From IMG/VR virus record IMGVR_UViG_3300043446_000267, positions 1 to 54,404 of that record: a stretch of DNA of 54,404 bases; one strand, given 5' to 3'. Under the pieces are notes generated by a model. That model was not told the DNA's origin. It worked only from the letters and a program-made list of their open reading frames with translations, and did not search any database. This document shows, piece by piece, positions 1-9,683 of this stretch. Position 1 is the first letter of the stretch. The number at the start of each line of letters is the position of its first letter. A program made the translations under genes and the position numbers. Source of the DNA: a virus. Its lineage: Duplodnaviria > Caudoviricetes.

Positions 1-598
1 CGAAGGGATTTGAATTATTCCAACCCTGACAATTACGAACCATAATACACACTTGCCCTGTCTTAGCGATAGCTCGTTCAAATAACGCACGATGTCCTTT
101 ATGCCATGGTTGCCAGCGACCCAACATCTGTACAGTTTCTTTCTTACCATCAAATTGAGGGCGTCTACGATTATCTGCTATATGGTCACTAATAAACTCT
201 GCCCATTTATCTGCATTTTGTTCTGTTATTCTAAAATCATATAATTCAGGAGTTACGAACATCTTATTCGTATCTTCGTATCTTCCTTCATCTATTGTGT
301 CTACCCAGATAGTCCAATCTGCTCTAAAGTTATTACGCATTTCAACTAGAGGAGCAACAAAGTCTACGATACAATAATCAGTATTTGATGTATCTGCTAA
401 TTCACGCATACGATGGCTTTGACGAATACGACCCTCACGGCTAAAATCCCAATCATCATAGTGTCTACGGACTTCGTCAGCATTGAGCCAGCCTACAGTC
501 TTTCCGTGGTCTTGTAAATTTTTCTTTAGTCGTTCGGCTAAGTATGTTTTGCCTGCTCCGGGCAAGCCCATGATTAAAATACGCTGCGGTTGTTTCAT
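1..598 (-). CDS. cysC: Adenylylsulfate (APS) kinase-like P-loop kinase fused to a cytidylyltransferase-like (HxGH) domain; runs off the window edge
   Basis: Not in the ORF track; hand translation from ATG at 598: MKQPQRILIMGLPGAGKTYLA...WLNADEVR...WDFSREGRIRQ...DFVAP (CysC-type Walker A and DxxR motifs), then QMLGRWQPWHKGHRALF (HxGH nucleotidyltransferase motif). ATGA overlap with the upstream radical SAM stop. Confidence 0.8.
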   Translation of the reverse strand, partial: MKQPQRILIMGLPGAGKTYLAERLKKNLQDHGKTVGWLNADEVRRHYDDWDFSREGRIRQSHRMRELADTSNTDYCIVDFVAPLVEMRNNFRADWTIWVDTIDEGRYEDTNKMFVTPELYDFRITEQNADKWAEFISDHIADNRRRPQFDGKKETVQMLGRWQPWHKGHRALFERAIAKTGQVCIMVRNCQGWNNSNPF

Positions 599-1695
599 AC
601 CTTTTTATCCTCTAAGAACGTAATTAAACTGTCTCTTAAATCTTTTGATTGCTTATACATCTTGGTAGTAGGGTTTAATAAAGGAATATTATCGTCATAT
701 AGTCTAATAACCTTCTCAATCTCACTCTTTTCCATGTTGTGACAACTCATTGTTTCTGGGTAGTATAGATAGTTAAAGTTGACAGGTTCACTATGATTGA
801 ACTTAACATTCTCCATGATTATTTTATATAGCTCAAAAACATCCATGACATTAAATTTACTCACGGTCATTACTACTGAACAATTACTGTTATCATCAAA
901 CTCTCTGTTAACAATTTCTTCCTGACAGTACTTTAAGTTGGCTAATACTTCATCCCATTTAGCTCCCACTCTGAGTTCTTCAAACTTCTTCCCGTAACTA
1001 TCGATAGAGAAAGCTAACCAAACACCCCTGAACTTCTTCCATATATTGATTTCATCTCGTGTGGGTCTGAATGTTCCGTTAGTATTATACAATAACTGAG
1101 TTTGTTTAGTGTTTGTTAATTGGTCTAACCATTTAAAATGTGTTTTATTCATCAATGGTTCGCCACCAGCAATGTCTATTCTAAAATAATTATCGGGTGG
1201 AGTCATCTTTTCGTACTCTTTGATATCATAACTCCAAGCAATATCTTGCTGATAGATATCATACATCTTTCTAGATAGTTTGCCACTCTTTAGTTGCTCG
1301 GTAGCAATACTAGTAGAACAAGCTGGGGTACAGATTGTACATTGCAAATTACATAACCTGCCTGTCTTTAATTGTAGATATTCTAGTTGAACATTTCTAG
1401 GGTCTGACTTCATTAATCCTGATGTAAGCATCCACATATCTTGCTCTCGTTTACTAGCACGACCCTCTTCTTCTGCAAACTTACACTGATGGCAACCCCT
1501 TGGCCATTCACCTTTATCCATCTGCTCTCTATACTCATTAAACTCCCCATGAAGTACTTCACTGATATTCTGTACTTGTGTAATCTTGGTCTTTTTGTCT
1601 TCCATTTTAACGAAAAGACAGCAGGGAGTCAAGTATCCATCAGTGTCGATATGAACTGACTTCCACATTGATGGGCAATATATTTTATTTGTCAT
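595..1695 (-). CDS. Radical SAM protein with N-terminal Twitch/SPASM-like domain (#5 in transcription order)
   Basis: CNLQCTIC radical SAM motif, AGGEP motif, YNTNG; N-terminal C...PCC...CHQC auxiliary cysteines. Start moved from 1710 to 1695 (ATGA overlap with upstream stop). Confidence 0.9.
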   Translation of the reverse strand: MTNKIYCPSMWKSVHIDTDGYLTPCCLFVKMEDKKTKITQVQNISEVLHGEFNEYREQMDKGEWPRGCHQCKFAEEEGRASKREQDMWMLTSGLMKSDPRNVQLEYLQLKTGRLCNLQCTICTPACSTSIATEQLKSGKLSRKMYDIYQQDIAWSYDIKEYEKMTPPDNYFRIDIAGGEPLMNKTHFKWLDQLTNTKQTQLLYNTNGTFRPTRDEINIWKKFRGVWLAFSIDSYGKKFEELRVGAKWDEVLANLKYCQEEIVNREFDDNSNCSVVMTVSKFNVMDVFELYKIIMENVKFNHSEPVNFNYLYYPETMSCHNMEKSEIEKVIRLYDDNIPLLNPTTKMYKQSKDLRDSLITFLEDKKV

Positions 1696-2960
1696 AGATT
1701 TATATACCAATTATAGGCTTCAATATCAATTATTTTCAATAATTCTTTAAATTGTCTGTTAGTCTTTAAGAATTTGTCACGGTACTCAGTCTTTTTCTTT
1801 ATCTCTTTGAGCATGTGTTGATTCTCAAACAAAACTTTCATATTCTCTCGTTCAACTATATATGACTGTAGGACGCTGACTGTTCTTTCCTTGCCCCTTA
1901 GGTTACTTCCTTCAAAACGCTTGATTGCATGATTGACAACTCTTTCGCATATCTCTTTAGGGAATAATCTAATATCTAAGAAACTTTGGGCACCCTGTGG
2001 GTATGAGCGTTCATCACATAGATACTTGTGATTGTATATTATAGGATTGTAGGGTTCAAAGAACTCAAACCATCTATCAATATCAAATATAACAGGGGCG
2101 GATAATACAGTAGCAACACCCGATTGTTTGTTCTTATTCAACACAGTAAAGAAGTCATGCCAATTCTTACTAACTTCGTCCCATTTGCCACCGTCTCTGG
2201 TATACTCAAATGTCTCGTGTGTACCGTCAATACTAGCTTGAATACTGGGCTGATGGAACTCTAATAATTGAGGAATACTCTTGCCCTTCCACAAACTCTT
2301 GGTCATGTTTGTATTATAGTGAACTCTGATATTCTTTACATAATCAGTATATTCAGGATTATCTAATAATTCACACATTTTGTCCACAACTTTCCAGTGA
2401 ACGTGACTAGACATTGGCTCACCGCCAGCCCAATAGATATAATTACATTCTTTCTTTAAGATAGATTGAATAATATCCTCAGCTTCTTGGTCTTCATATT
2501 CATAATCGATTTGAAACCCATCTTCAACGTTCCACATTTCTTTTCTAAGTTTAATATGCGTACTTGAGTAATGATATCCGCAACTAATACACTGTAAATT
2601 ACAATGTATTGTTCTATGGTCGAAATAGTTCGGTCCCACTGTCATTGTACCGTCTGGTTGCATGTTACGGGTAATGATATCTAAATCATTCTCGTTACAA
2701 CTTGTTTCTCGCAACGATTCAATGTTTAGTTTCTCAAACTCATAGCAACGACGGCAATCACTTACGGGTTCACCCTTAAGCATTTTAAGTCTGGTTTCTT
2801 TTAGTTTGTCACTGTTCCAGTATTCGTCTAGTGTAGTCTTTTCTAGTTCAGGAATATCTTGTGCGACACAGCATAATTTACGCTCATATCGTGAGCCAAT
2901 ATAACTGTGCGTGAAAGGATAGGGGCAAATTGATTTGTTGTTTTTAGAATCTATACTCAT
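1692..2960 (-). CDS. Radical SAM protein with N-terminal Twitch domain (#4)
   Basis: CNLQCISC, AGGEP, YNTN; N-terminal CPYPF...LCC...CRRC. Likely start MSIDSK at 2960 (track gives 3002). Confidence 0.9.
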   Translation of the reverse strand: MSIDSKNNKSICPYPFTHSYIGSRYERKLCCVAQDIPELEKTTLDEYWNSDKLKETRLKMLKGEPVSDCRRCYEFEKLNIESLRETSCNENDLDIITRNMQPDGTMTVGPNYFDHRTIHCNLQCISCGYHYSSTHIKLRKEMWNVEDGFQIDYEYEDQEAEDIIQSILKKECNYIYWAGGEPMSSHVHWKVVDKMCELLDNPEYTDYVKNIRVHYNTNMTKSLWKGKSIPQLLEFHQPSIQASIDGTHETFEYTRDGGKWDEVSKNWHDFFTVLNKNKQSGVATVLSAPVIFDIDRWFEFFEPYNPIIYNHKYLCDERSYPQGAQSFLDIRLFPKEICERVVNHAIKRFEGSNLRGKERTVSVLQSYIVERENMKVLFENQHMLKEIKKKTEYRDKFLKTNRQFKELLKIIDIEAYNWYINL

Positions 2961-4116
2961 AATTGAAAATGTCTCTCCAGTTTCCCATCTTTCTTGTTTC
3001 ACTTACAGCGTCTAAGAACTGTAAGCCTTGATTCCATAGTGTATCGTCCGTAGTCTTTGTATCTAAGTAAGACTGCATTGTTGCGGTTAGTATTTGATCC
3101 TTGAATTTACTATCAAAATACAAGTCATATAACTGTTCTTTGAACTCGTTACTAGCACAGTTTAAAGATAGATAATGGGGAAACACAACAAAGTTTTGAT
3201 TAATCGTAGTATGTGGTTTAATCTTAGTAATTGGGGTAGCCCACTCATAAAATTCATCTAAAAATGGGGCGTTTAACCATTGAATACTATTAGTAATATT
3301 CATTGAGGTTACGTTAGGATCATGTGCTAGTTTTAATATATGGTCGTTAGTCTTTTCCCAGTTAGCAGGGTATCTGATAAACTTGTTTCTGTCACCCACG
3401 CTATCTACTGAGCATCCTACATTTACGTCTTTAAAGTGTTTCCAATACTCACTATATGATTCATCGTATGTTGTACAGTTTGTGTTATAGCTTATACTGA
3501 TATTCTTAGCAACACCCCAGTCAATTAGTTTCTCAAGCATCTTCCACTGTATGGGCATGATAAATGGCTCGCCACCATTGATATACAAATACTTTAATGT
3601 GTCTTTATGCTTTTCTAATTGGTCAACAATACCCTCGTCAAACCATTGAAATAATTCATAGCTACTGTCATTATTAGAGACAAAGGGTAATTTTTCTGCC
3701 CATTTCTTATAATCAGCCGCTAACAAGGAACTACTGTCGGGGTAGCACATCATACACTTTAAATTACAAAGGTTACTCAAGCGCAAGTCAATGAATTCTA
3801 ATTTAGGCTCTGTAAAGTGACCCCAGCGATTAACTTCCATGTTTCTACGGCTAGAACCCCCGTGTTGTTCTATCTTATAACAGCCCTCACACGCTTTGGG
3901 TTCTTTGTTCTCTAATAACTCGTTGCGTATTTTAATATAAGTCTTGGAATTGTAAATCTCGTCTATAGTATTACGTCTTAGATTCATCATCATTCCGTTA
4001 TTATCCCGTGCGAAGCCACTATCTGGTCCGTCCATTTTACTTACACAACAAATACCCACATTGCCGTTAGGGTGAATATTCATGTGATTAAAGGGTAGTG
4101 GGCAATATTTATCCAT
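2944..4116 (-). CDS. Radical SAM protein with N-terminal Twitch domain (#3)
   Basis: CNLKCMMC, NGGEP, YNTN; N-terminal CPLPF...ICC...CEGC. Likely start MDKYC at 4116 (track gives 4128). Confidence 0.9.
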   Translation of the reverse strand: MDKYCPLPFNHMNIHPNGNVGICCVSKMDGPDSGFARDNNGMMMNLRRNTIDEIYNSKTYIKIRNELLENKEPKACEGCYKIEQHGGSSRRNMEVNRWGHFTEPKLEFIDLRLSNLCNLKCMMCYPDSSSLLAADYKKWAEKLPFVSNNDSSYELFQWFDEGIVDQLEKHKDTLKYLYINGGEPFIMPIQWKMLEKLIDWGVAKNISISYNTNCTTYDESYSEYWKHFKDVNVGCSVDSVGDRNKFIRYPANWEKTNDHILKLAHDPNVTSMNITNSIQWLNAPFLDEFYEWATPITKIKPHTTINQNFVVFPHYLSLNCASNEFKEQLYDLYFDSKFKDQILTATMQSYLDTKTTDDTLWNQGLQFLDAVSETRKMGNWRDIFNYEYRF

Positions 4117-5530
4117 AATAACTGTCATCCATTAAGTATGTTAATTCAGGGAATGTATCTATAAAGTCTGTTTTGCGTCTAGTATCTAGTGCTTTAATAT
4201 AACTTCTAAAATCGTCATAAACCCGTTCATCCTCTTTCTTACTATTCATATAGTCAATCAACCGTTTCATCTGGTCAACTTCTTCTAAGTAAAATGTCTC
4301 TGACGGGTCTTTCTTGCTAGTTAGCATATTCTCATCCATGAACTGTTGCCATTCTCTACTGTACTTTTGTTTGTCTTCCTCACTCAATAGTGTAAGCTGG
4401 AAACACTCAGGCCAGCGCAAGTATGACAAATGTGTTCTAACTCTGAACTCGTGCTTACTGAACTTATATTTAAGTCTCAGGTCCTTGATTAATTGCAAAA
4501 AGTTAATTAATGTCGGGGCACTTGTTACATTAATAGTTGTCATAAAGTGCAAGTGCGTATTTTCCGGGGTATTATCTAATACCTTAAATACATTATTCAA
4601 GAATTCTTCATAATTCATTCCATATCTCGAATATTCACCCTGCTCACCCGTGTTTTCTAGTGATGTGTATACATCAACCATCTTTACATTATTAGAAATT
4701 AGATTGATTTCTTCAATCATCTTATCTACAAGTTTGTCCGGGGCGTTTAAGTTAGTGTTGATGGCGAACACTAGGTTATCGTTACTATGTTCTTTAATAT
4801 AATCAAACACTTTCCAGGTATGCTTGCTCAAAAGCGGTTCCCCGCCCGTGATTCTGAATGTGTGAAGTTTAGGATATAAGTCCGGCCACCACTTCCAAAA
4901 TGCTTCAATATAAGGATTATATTCTCTATTAGGAATAGGTAGTTGTCCGGTATCTTTTAGCCACTTAATATCATATAAGTTATAGTTACTCTGTGGGATA
5001 GGACCATGTTGTTCTACTTCTTCTTGCCATTTGCTAGAACTTGAAGGACTACAATAGATACACTTAAAGTTGCATGTTGAATCAAAAGCAACTTCCATGT
5101 ATGTAGGGTCAATATCTTTACCCTGACCCGATTTAACTACATCATTTAGATAGGGCAAAGACCATGAATATGTTGATTTATAGATACGGTCGCTGATATA
5201 ACTCTTATCTAAGTTCTCAATACGCCAGCAATAGTCACATTCTTTGGTTTGAATACCGTTTAATAACTCTTCCCTAGCGTGTATCTTAATTACTGTATTA
5301 TGGATACCCTTTGGGTTATCTTTGATATCGTCCAGTGTAATCTTGTGTCGTGAGGGATGGTGACATGAATGTGTTTCCCCGTTGTATAACAAGATAGTAG
5401 ACTGTAACCACTTAGCGAGGCACATTGTAGGGCTTACACTATTAATTTCTCGTGCTTTTTCATGCAGGAAATTAAAGTACGAATCTACTTTATGCACATC
5501 TAAGTTATTGTCTTTATGTTGTTCACTCAT
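4109..5530 (-). CDS. Radical SAM protein with N-terminal Twitch domain (#2, SCHH subtype)
   Basis: CNFKCIYC, TGGEP, INTN; N-terminal CLAKW...SCHHP...ECDYCW. Confidence 0.92.
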   Translation of the reverse strand: MSEQHKDNNLDVHKVDSYFNFLHEKAREINSVSPTMCLAKWLQSTILLYNGETHSCHHPSRHKITLDDIKDNPKGIHNTVIKIHAREELLNGIQTKECDYCWRIENLDKSYISDRIYKSTYSWSLPYLNDVVKSGQGKDIDPTYMEVAFDSTCNFKCIYCSPSSSSKWQEEVEQHGPIPQSNYNLYDIKWLKDTGQLPIPNREYNPYIEAFWKWWPDLYPKLHTFRITGGEPLLSKHTWKVFDYIKEHSNDNLVFAINTNLNAPDKLVDKMIEEINLISNNVKMVDVYTSLENTGEQGEYSRYGMNYEEFLNNVFKVLDNTPENTHLHFMTTINVTSAPTLINFLQLIKDLRLKYKFSKHEFRVRTHLSYLRWPECFQLTLLSEEDKQKYSREWQQFMDENMLTSKKDPSETFYLEEVDQMKRLIDYMNSKKEDERVYDDFRSYIKALDTRRKTDFIDTFPELTYLMDDSYYG

Positions 5531-6872
5531 TTAATTCTCTTAATTTTAATAAATTGAACCATTCAATAAACAGTTCGGGGAAATAATCTTCCAATACCAT
5601 ATCTCTACGGTCTGAATATTCGTTTAAGAATATAATTAAATCGTTGGCTTTACTGTGATAATCATCATTGTCCTCGTATGCTTTGTCTACTTTCTGTAGG
5701 TATGCTACTAAGCGCAACACTTGATTATATTCAGATTCGGTTAGTTCTGTTTTCTTATCTTCTGCAAACTCATTTAATTCTGTAGCCAGTTTGTTTTTAA
5801 TATCACTATCAATCATATTAACTGACTGGAAGCTTGGGAAGCGCAAGATATTCAAACTCATGCTGAATATGTCTCGTCTGTTATATTGTTTTCTAAGATT
5901 CAATATATCCAGCATAAAGTCTTTAACTGTCCAGACGCTTAGTGCCGAAATAGTCATCATCACATGAATATTACGGTATTTTGCTTCTGATGCGAATCTT
6001 GTTAGATTATGTTTCCATTTATCATAGTTTAATCCATGACGGACAAACTCTGCGTGTTTACCATAACTCTCACAGCTAGTATATAAGTCAAAGTTCCTAA
6101 ACTGACCTGCGACTTCGATTAGTTTATCTAGTCTGTCATCGGTCATGATTAAGTTACTGTTAGTAGCAAAGTCAAAGTTACTACCCTTACACTCGTCTAA
6201 TAATCTCCAGAAGTGCGGGCTACGTGAGGGTTCTCCCCCAGTAACTCGCAACTCTTGTAGATTATGTTTCAATGAACCGTTTAACCACTCAAAGAAAGCA
6301 GTAATATATGGATTCTCTACTTGTTTATCTGTATTCAGTGTAAACTCTGCTGAATGCTTATAAGTATGCCCGCCGGGTGTTTTCATTCCCGGGTAAATAC
6401 CGTTACTCTTAATATCAGTTGACCAAGTTGAACTAAACTCTGAATTACAGTATGTACAACTTAAATTACATAAGTTATCAAACGCAATTTCTAGTGTCTT
6501 TGGGTCTAAATCTTCTTTATAGTTTGACTTCATTAGACTAACAATATCCATAGTCCTATAGATGTGGCTTTTGTATATTCTGTCACTGAATATTGTATCG
6601 TCTTTATTATCTTCTACACGCCAGCAGTAACTACACTCTTCGGGTCTTTGACCCTCAAGCATTAGTTTTCTCTGTTCTTTCTTGTAGTCGGTGTTATGAA
6701 GCGCCGAACTATTAACTTTAATCGACTCCACAGGAATGTGATGGGCGACTGGGTGATGACAACTTGCTGTTCTACCATTACTTAACCATATTGTTGCGTT
6801 GTACCATTTAGCGGCACAGAATGTTGGACTTACCGTGTCGATAAGTTTCTTTGTTTCGTTCAATGAGCGCAT
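5523..6872 (-). CDS. Radical SAM protein with N-terminal Twitch domain (#1, SCHH subtype)
   Basis: CNLSCTYC, TGGEP, TNSN; N-terminal CAAKW...SCHHP...ECSYCW; clear paralog of 4109-5530 (shared SDRIYKS). Confidence 0.92.
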   Translation of the reverse strand: MRSLNETKKLIDTVSPTFCAAKWYNATIWLSNGRTASCHHPVAHHIPVESIKVNSSALHNTDYKKEQRKLMLEGQRPEECSYCWRVEDNKDDTIFSDRIYKSHIYRTMDIVSLMKSNYKEDLDPKTLEIAFDNLCNLSCTYCNSEFSSTWSTDIKSNGIYPGMKTPGGHTYKHSAEFTLNTDKQVENPYITAFFEWLNGSLKHNLQELRVTGGEPSRSPHFWRLLDECKGSNFDFATNSNLIMTDDRLDKLIEVAGQFRNFDLYTSCESYGKHAEFVRHGLNYDKWKHNLTRFASEAKYRNIHVMMTISALSVWTVKDFMLDILNLRKQYNRRDIFSMSLNILRFPSFQSVNMIDSDIKNKLATELNEFAEDKKTELTESEYNQVLRLVAYLQKVDKAYEDNDDYHSKANDLIIFLNEYSDRRDMVLEDYFPELFIEWFNLLKLRELNE

Positions 6873-7819
6873 TACCAGCCCTCGATTTTACGAATCACAT
6901 CCATTTCCTTTACTAGAGGACCTAGATTATGTTTGTCACTGTTATAATGACGCTTAAAGAACATTGATTGCTCGGGACTCAATGTACAGATAGGTAAGCC
7001 TAATTTATATTTTAAATGGTCACCAATTTCGTCAGCACCATCTTTGGGACTAACATTCTGCTCATGGAGCCAGAGTTTCTCGAAATTATCAAACCATTGA
7101 ACTTCTTTGGGATCCCACTCAGTAAGCATAGTCATATATGTACCTAGTCTAGCTCCATAGATAGCCCACATTCCGTTCTCAACATCTGTCCCTACGTTGT
7201 GCCAGATAGTTAAGTTGTTCATGTTTCTACCGGGTACATCTCCTTTGAAATCTTCTACTGAAGGTTTCTTTCCACCGTTCAAGCACATCTTAACACCTTC
7301 ACGGAATCCAGCACGCCATGCTTGGAAGGGAGTATAGTTGGGATAAGTTGTACTATAACAATCCCACATAGCCCAGTAAGTATTGTTCTGACTATCTAAG
7401 CAAAAGTCTACTGTAGTTGTATCATTGCCATCACTATGCTCATGGGTTTTCATGTTCATAACATAAGTCTTTGTCCATGAACTCATACCACCGTTGCCAT
7501 AACGCAAGCCATTGATACTATTGATAGCTTTCCATCTAAACTGTGCTTGTTGATAGATAGGGTCTTTGTCTCTAAAGTCAAACTGAAGATTAAAGAAATC
7601 TTCGTTCGGCATATTGTCTCCGTCGATTAGAATAAATCGTTCAGTAGAAGAGGCTTCCGCGGCTGCTTTATGAGCCGCATCACTGCCCTTAACACCGTCG
7701 ACACGGATCGCCCAGGGTACCATGTTCTTAATCTTGACCCAAAATTCTTCTTTCTGTGGTTCGTCATAACTCAAATAGATACAGTCTAAATCTGCTACAT
7801 CTACAATATCATAATTCAT
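6872..7819 (-). CDS. Putative GT-A fold glycosyltransferase
   Basis: N-terminal beta strand IYLSYDEP, GSDAAHKAAA helix, then FILIDGDN (DxD motif after a hydrophobic strand); TAATG coupling to the next gene. Confidence 0.6.
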   Translation of the reverse strand: MNYDIVDVADLDCIYLSYDEPQKEEFWVKIKNMVPWAIRVDGVKGSDAAHKAAAEASSTERFILIDGDNMPNEDFFNLQFDFRDKDPIYQQAQFRWKAINSINGLRYGNGGMSSWTKTYVMNMKTHEHSDGNDTTTVDFCLDSQNNTYWAMWDCYSTTYPNYTPFQAWRAGFREGVKMCLNGGKKPSVEDFKGDVPGRNMNNLTIWHNVGTDVENGMWAIYGARLGTYMTMLTEWDPKEVQWFDNFEKLWLHEQNVSPKDGADEIGDHLKYKLGLPICTLSPEQSMFFKRHYNSDKHNLGPLVKEMDVIRKIEGW

Positions 7820-8141
7820 AGTGTTTTAGTTCCCAATGTTTAGATGGTCCAGTGTAATCTTCATTTACAATAATAAACACATCTTCACTTGAAGTTCTAG
7901 TTCCTGTTGTTGATTCTTCTAACACAGATAAGACCAACCCTGTAATCTTTTCTTGTATCTTGCCGTTGATGACTTTCACATCCGGGCGACCCTGTGCAAA
8001 CACTTCGGGTGACACAACAATGAATTGCCCCTCAAGTTTGTCACAAGTATAACATATTACTGAGCCGTTGTCATCATAATATAGTCTAAATTCGGGTGGA
8101 ACAAACACTGGAATTTCAAAATCAAGTTCTATTTCATCCAT
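7809..8141 (-). CDS. Hypothetical protein within the glycosyltransferase operon
   Basis: 110-aa ORF overlapping both neighbours; no recognised motif. Confidence 0.7.
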   Translation of the reverse strand: MDEIELDFEIPVFVPPEFRLYYDDNGSVICYTCDKLEGQFIVVSPEVFAQGRPDVKVINGKIQEKITGLVLSVLEESTTGTRTSSEDVFIIVNEDYTGPSKHWELKHYEL

Positions 8142-8898
8142 AATGTTTCTCCAAAGTGTTACTAAACTGTTTCACATGGTAATGTAATGGGTACTTTTGC
8201 GGGAACCCGTTGATGCGTATTGTTTCGGGTAATATCTCAGTGATTAACTCTCTAGTCCAATCATCTTGTATCAACCCATTAATATGACGCTTCATATGTG
8301 TCATAGTCATTTCAGTAAATGTAGGTAGTGTAGTATTTTCTACACCCAGCAAGTGACACGCAATAGAATATACCCAGTCAGTAGTTGCTATCTCGTCAGG
8401 ATCACACTTTAAGATTTTCTTGTACTGTTCCCAGTTTTGAAAGATATTCCTAACTGTGTTAAAGAAATCTTCAGCAACTGGTGATTTTTTAAAATAAGTC
8501 ATAGCGTTATATACATTAGGTAATTTGTTATCGACTATGAACTTTCTGTAGAACATATTATTTGATACTTCACCCTTAAAGTTTCTAACATTTGAACTTA
8601 CAACAACATCACGTTCTTGCAAGATATCCCACCAGTATGAGATATCGCTAGTGATAACCATATCTGCTTCTAGTTTGATTGTATACTCGTAAGGGCTTGC
8701 TTCGTAAACTTGATAATCGTTAATCAACTTCCACTTACTGTCGGGGGCTAAATCGCCCTCAGGTAACATATCACTGGTTATGATAGTGACACTCTCATTG
8801 GGCATTAGTCTTTTAATACTTTGTTCAAGCTGTTTAGCACAGGATACGTAATCTGTATCTTCTGTGTTCTGAGCCATGATTACAAATCCTCTGTTCAT
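8134..8898 (-). CDS. Putative glycosyltransferase (GT8/nucleotide-diphospho-sugar transferase-like)
   Basis: RGFVIMA start, YEASPYEYTIKLEADM (ExD variant of DxD), late D-W and HYH motifs; paralog of 8895-9683. Confidence 0.65.
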   Translation of the reverse strand: MNRGFVIMAQNTEDTDYVSCAKQLEQSIKRLMPNESVTIITSDMLPEGDLAPDSKWKLINDYQVYEASPYEYTIKLEADMVITSDISYWWDILQERDVVVSSNVRNFKGEVSNNMFYRKFIVDNKLPNVYNAMTYFKKSPVAEDFFNTVRNIFQNWEQYKKILKCDPDEIATTDWVYSIACHLLGVENTTLPTFTEMTMTHMKRHINGLIQDDWTRELITEILPETIRINGFPQKYPLHYHVKQFSNTLEKHYG

Positions 8899-9683
8899 AT
8901 TAACTCCAAGAAGTTCTTTTTGTTTAACATATGGAAATCCATATCTTTCACAACTAGGTACTCTTTTCTCAATTTATTTCGTTGCCAGTTATCATACATA
9001 ACTGTATATTCTGTGTCTGATTCACGGTAAACTGTTGTATTGTTTCCAACATGAACTAGATTCCATGGCAGATAGTTTCTGTTATCTTCGGTGTGCCCGT
9101 TAACTATCCTAGTTGCTATCGTCAGTGAAAAGTCGTTTCTGTACATTAGACTATTCAACCTATAGCTATTCATGTAATGGTTATAGTTGTCTTGAACCAT
9201 TTTCATACATTCAAACACTTGCTTACTGTAAGTTGATTTTCTAAATCTAATCACAGTAGCCCATAGTGTTCTGATGCTGTAGTTGCTCATTAGTTCCTGT
9301 GATGCGTCCGGTACCATTAGTACACTTGTAGAACTATGACATACTAAGTCTGAATCAAAATCAAAAGTCTTTAACAGTGTTTGACTGTTAACCATATAAT
9401 CGGTATCAAGTACGATTGTTTCATCGTATGGACTAAACTCATACGCATTATATCTACCCTTATTGATCCACAATTCTTTATCTTTAAGATTACTAGTGTC
9501 TGCTTGATTCACTATTACTTTGTCAAATGTATAATCGTAACTATCAATGTCGGTAGACTCATCAGTGACAACGGTTACGGGCAAGTCTAGAAAACGATTG
9601 ATTCGTTTAGCAGTAGCAACTGCCATTTTAAAATAATCGAACTTTCTATTGTTGTACGCAAATAAGATTACGCCCTTGCTCAT
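8895..9683 (-). CDS. Putative glycosyltransferase (GT8-like)
   Basis: KGVILFA start, YEFSPYDETIVLDTDY (DxD), YRNDF, terminal HMLNK typical of GT-A enzymes. Confidence 0.7.
   Translation of the reverse strand: MSKGVILFAYNNRKFDYFKMAVATAKRINRFLDLPVTVVTDESTDIDSYDYTFDKVIVNQADTSNLKDKELWINKGRYNAYEFSPYDETIVLDTDYMVNSQTLLKTFDFDSDLVCHSSTSVLMVPDASQELMSNYSIRTLWATVIRFRKSTYSKQVFECMKMVQDNYNHYMNSYRLNSLMYRNDFSLTIATRIVNGHTEDNRNYLPWNLVHVGNNTTVYRESDTEYTVMYDNWQRNKLRKEYLVVKDMDFHMLNKKNFLELI

Noticed and set aside
4106-4113. GATAAATA inside the start of a radical SAM gene
   Set aside because: Lies within coding sequence (ATG GAT AAA TAT) in AT-rich DNA and far from the next start; probably chance.
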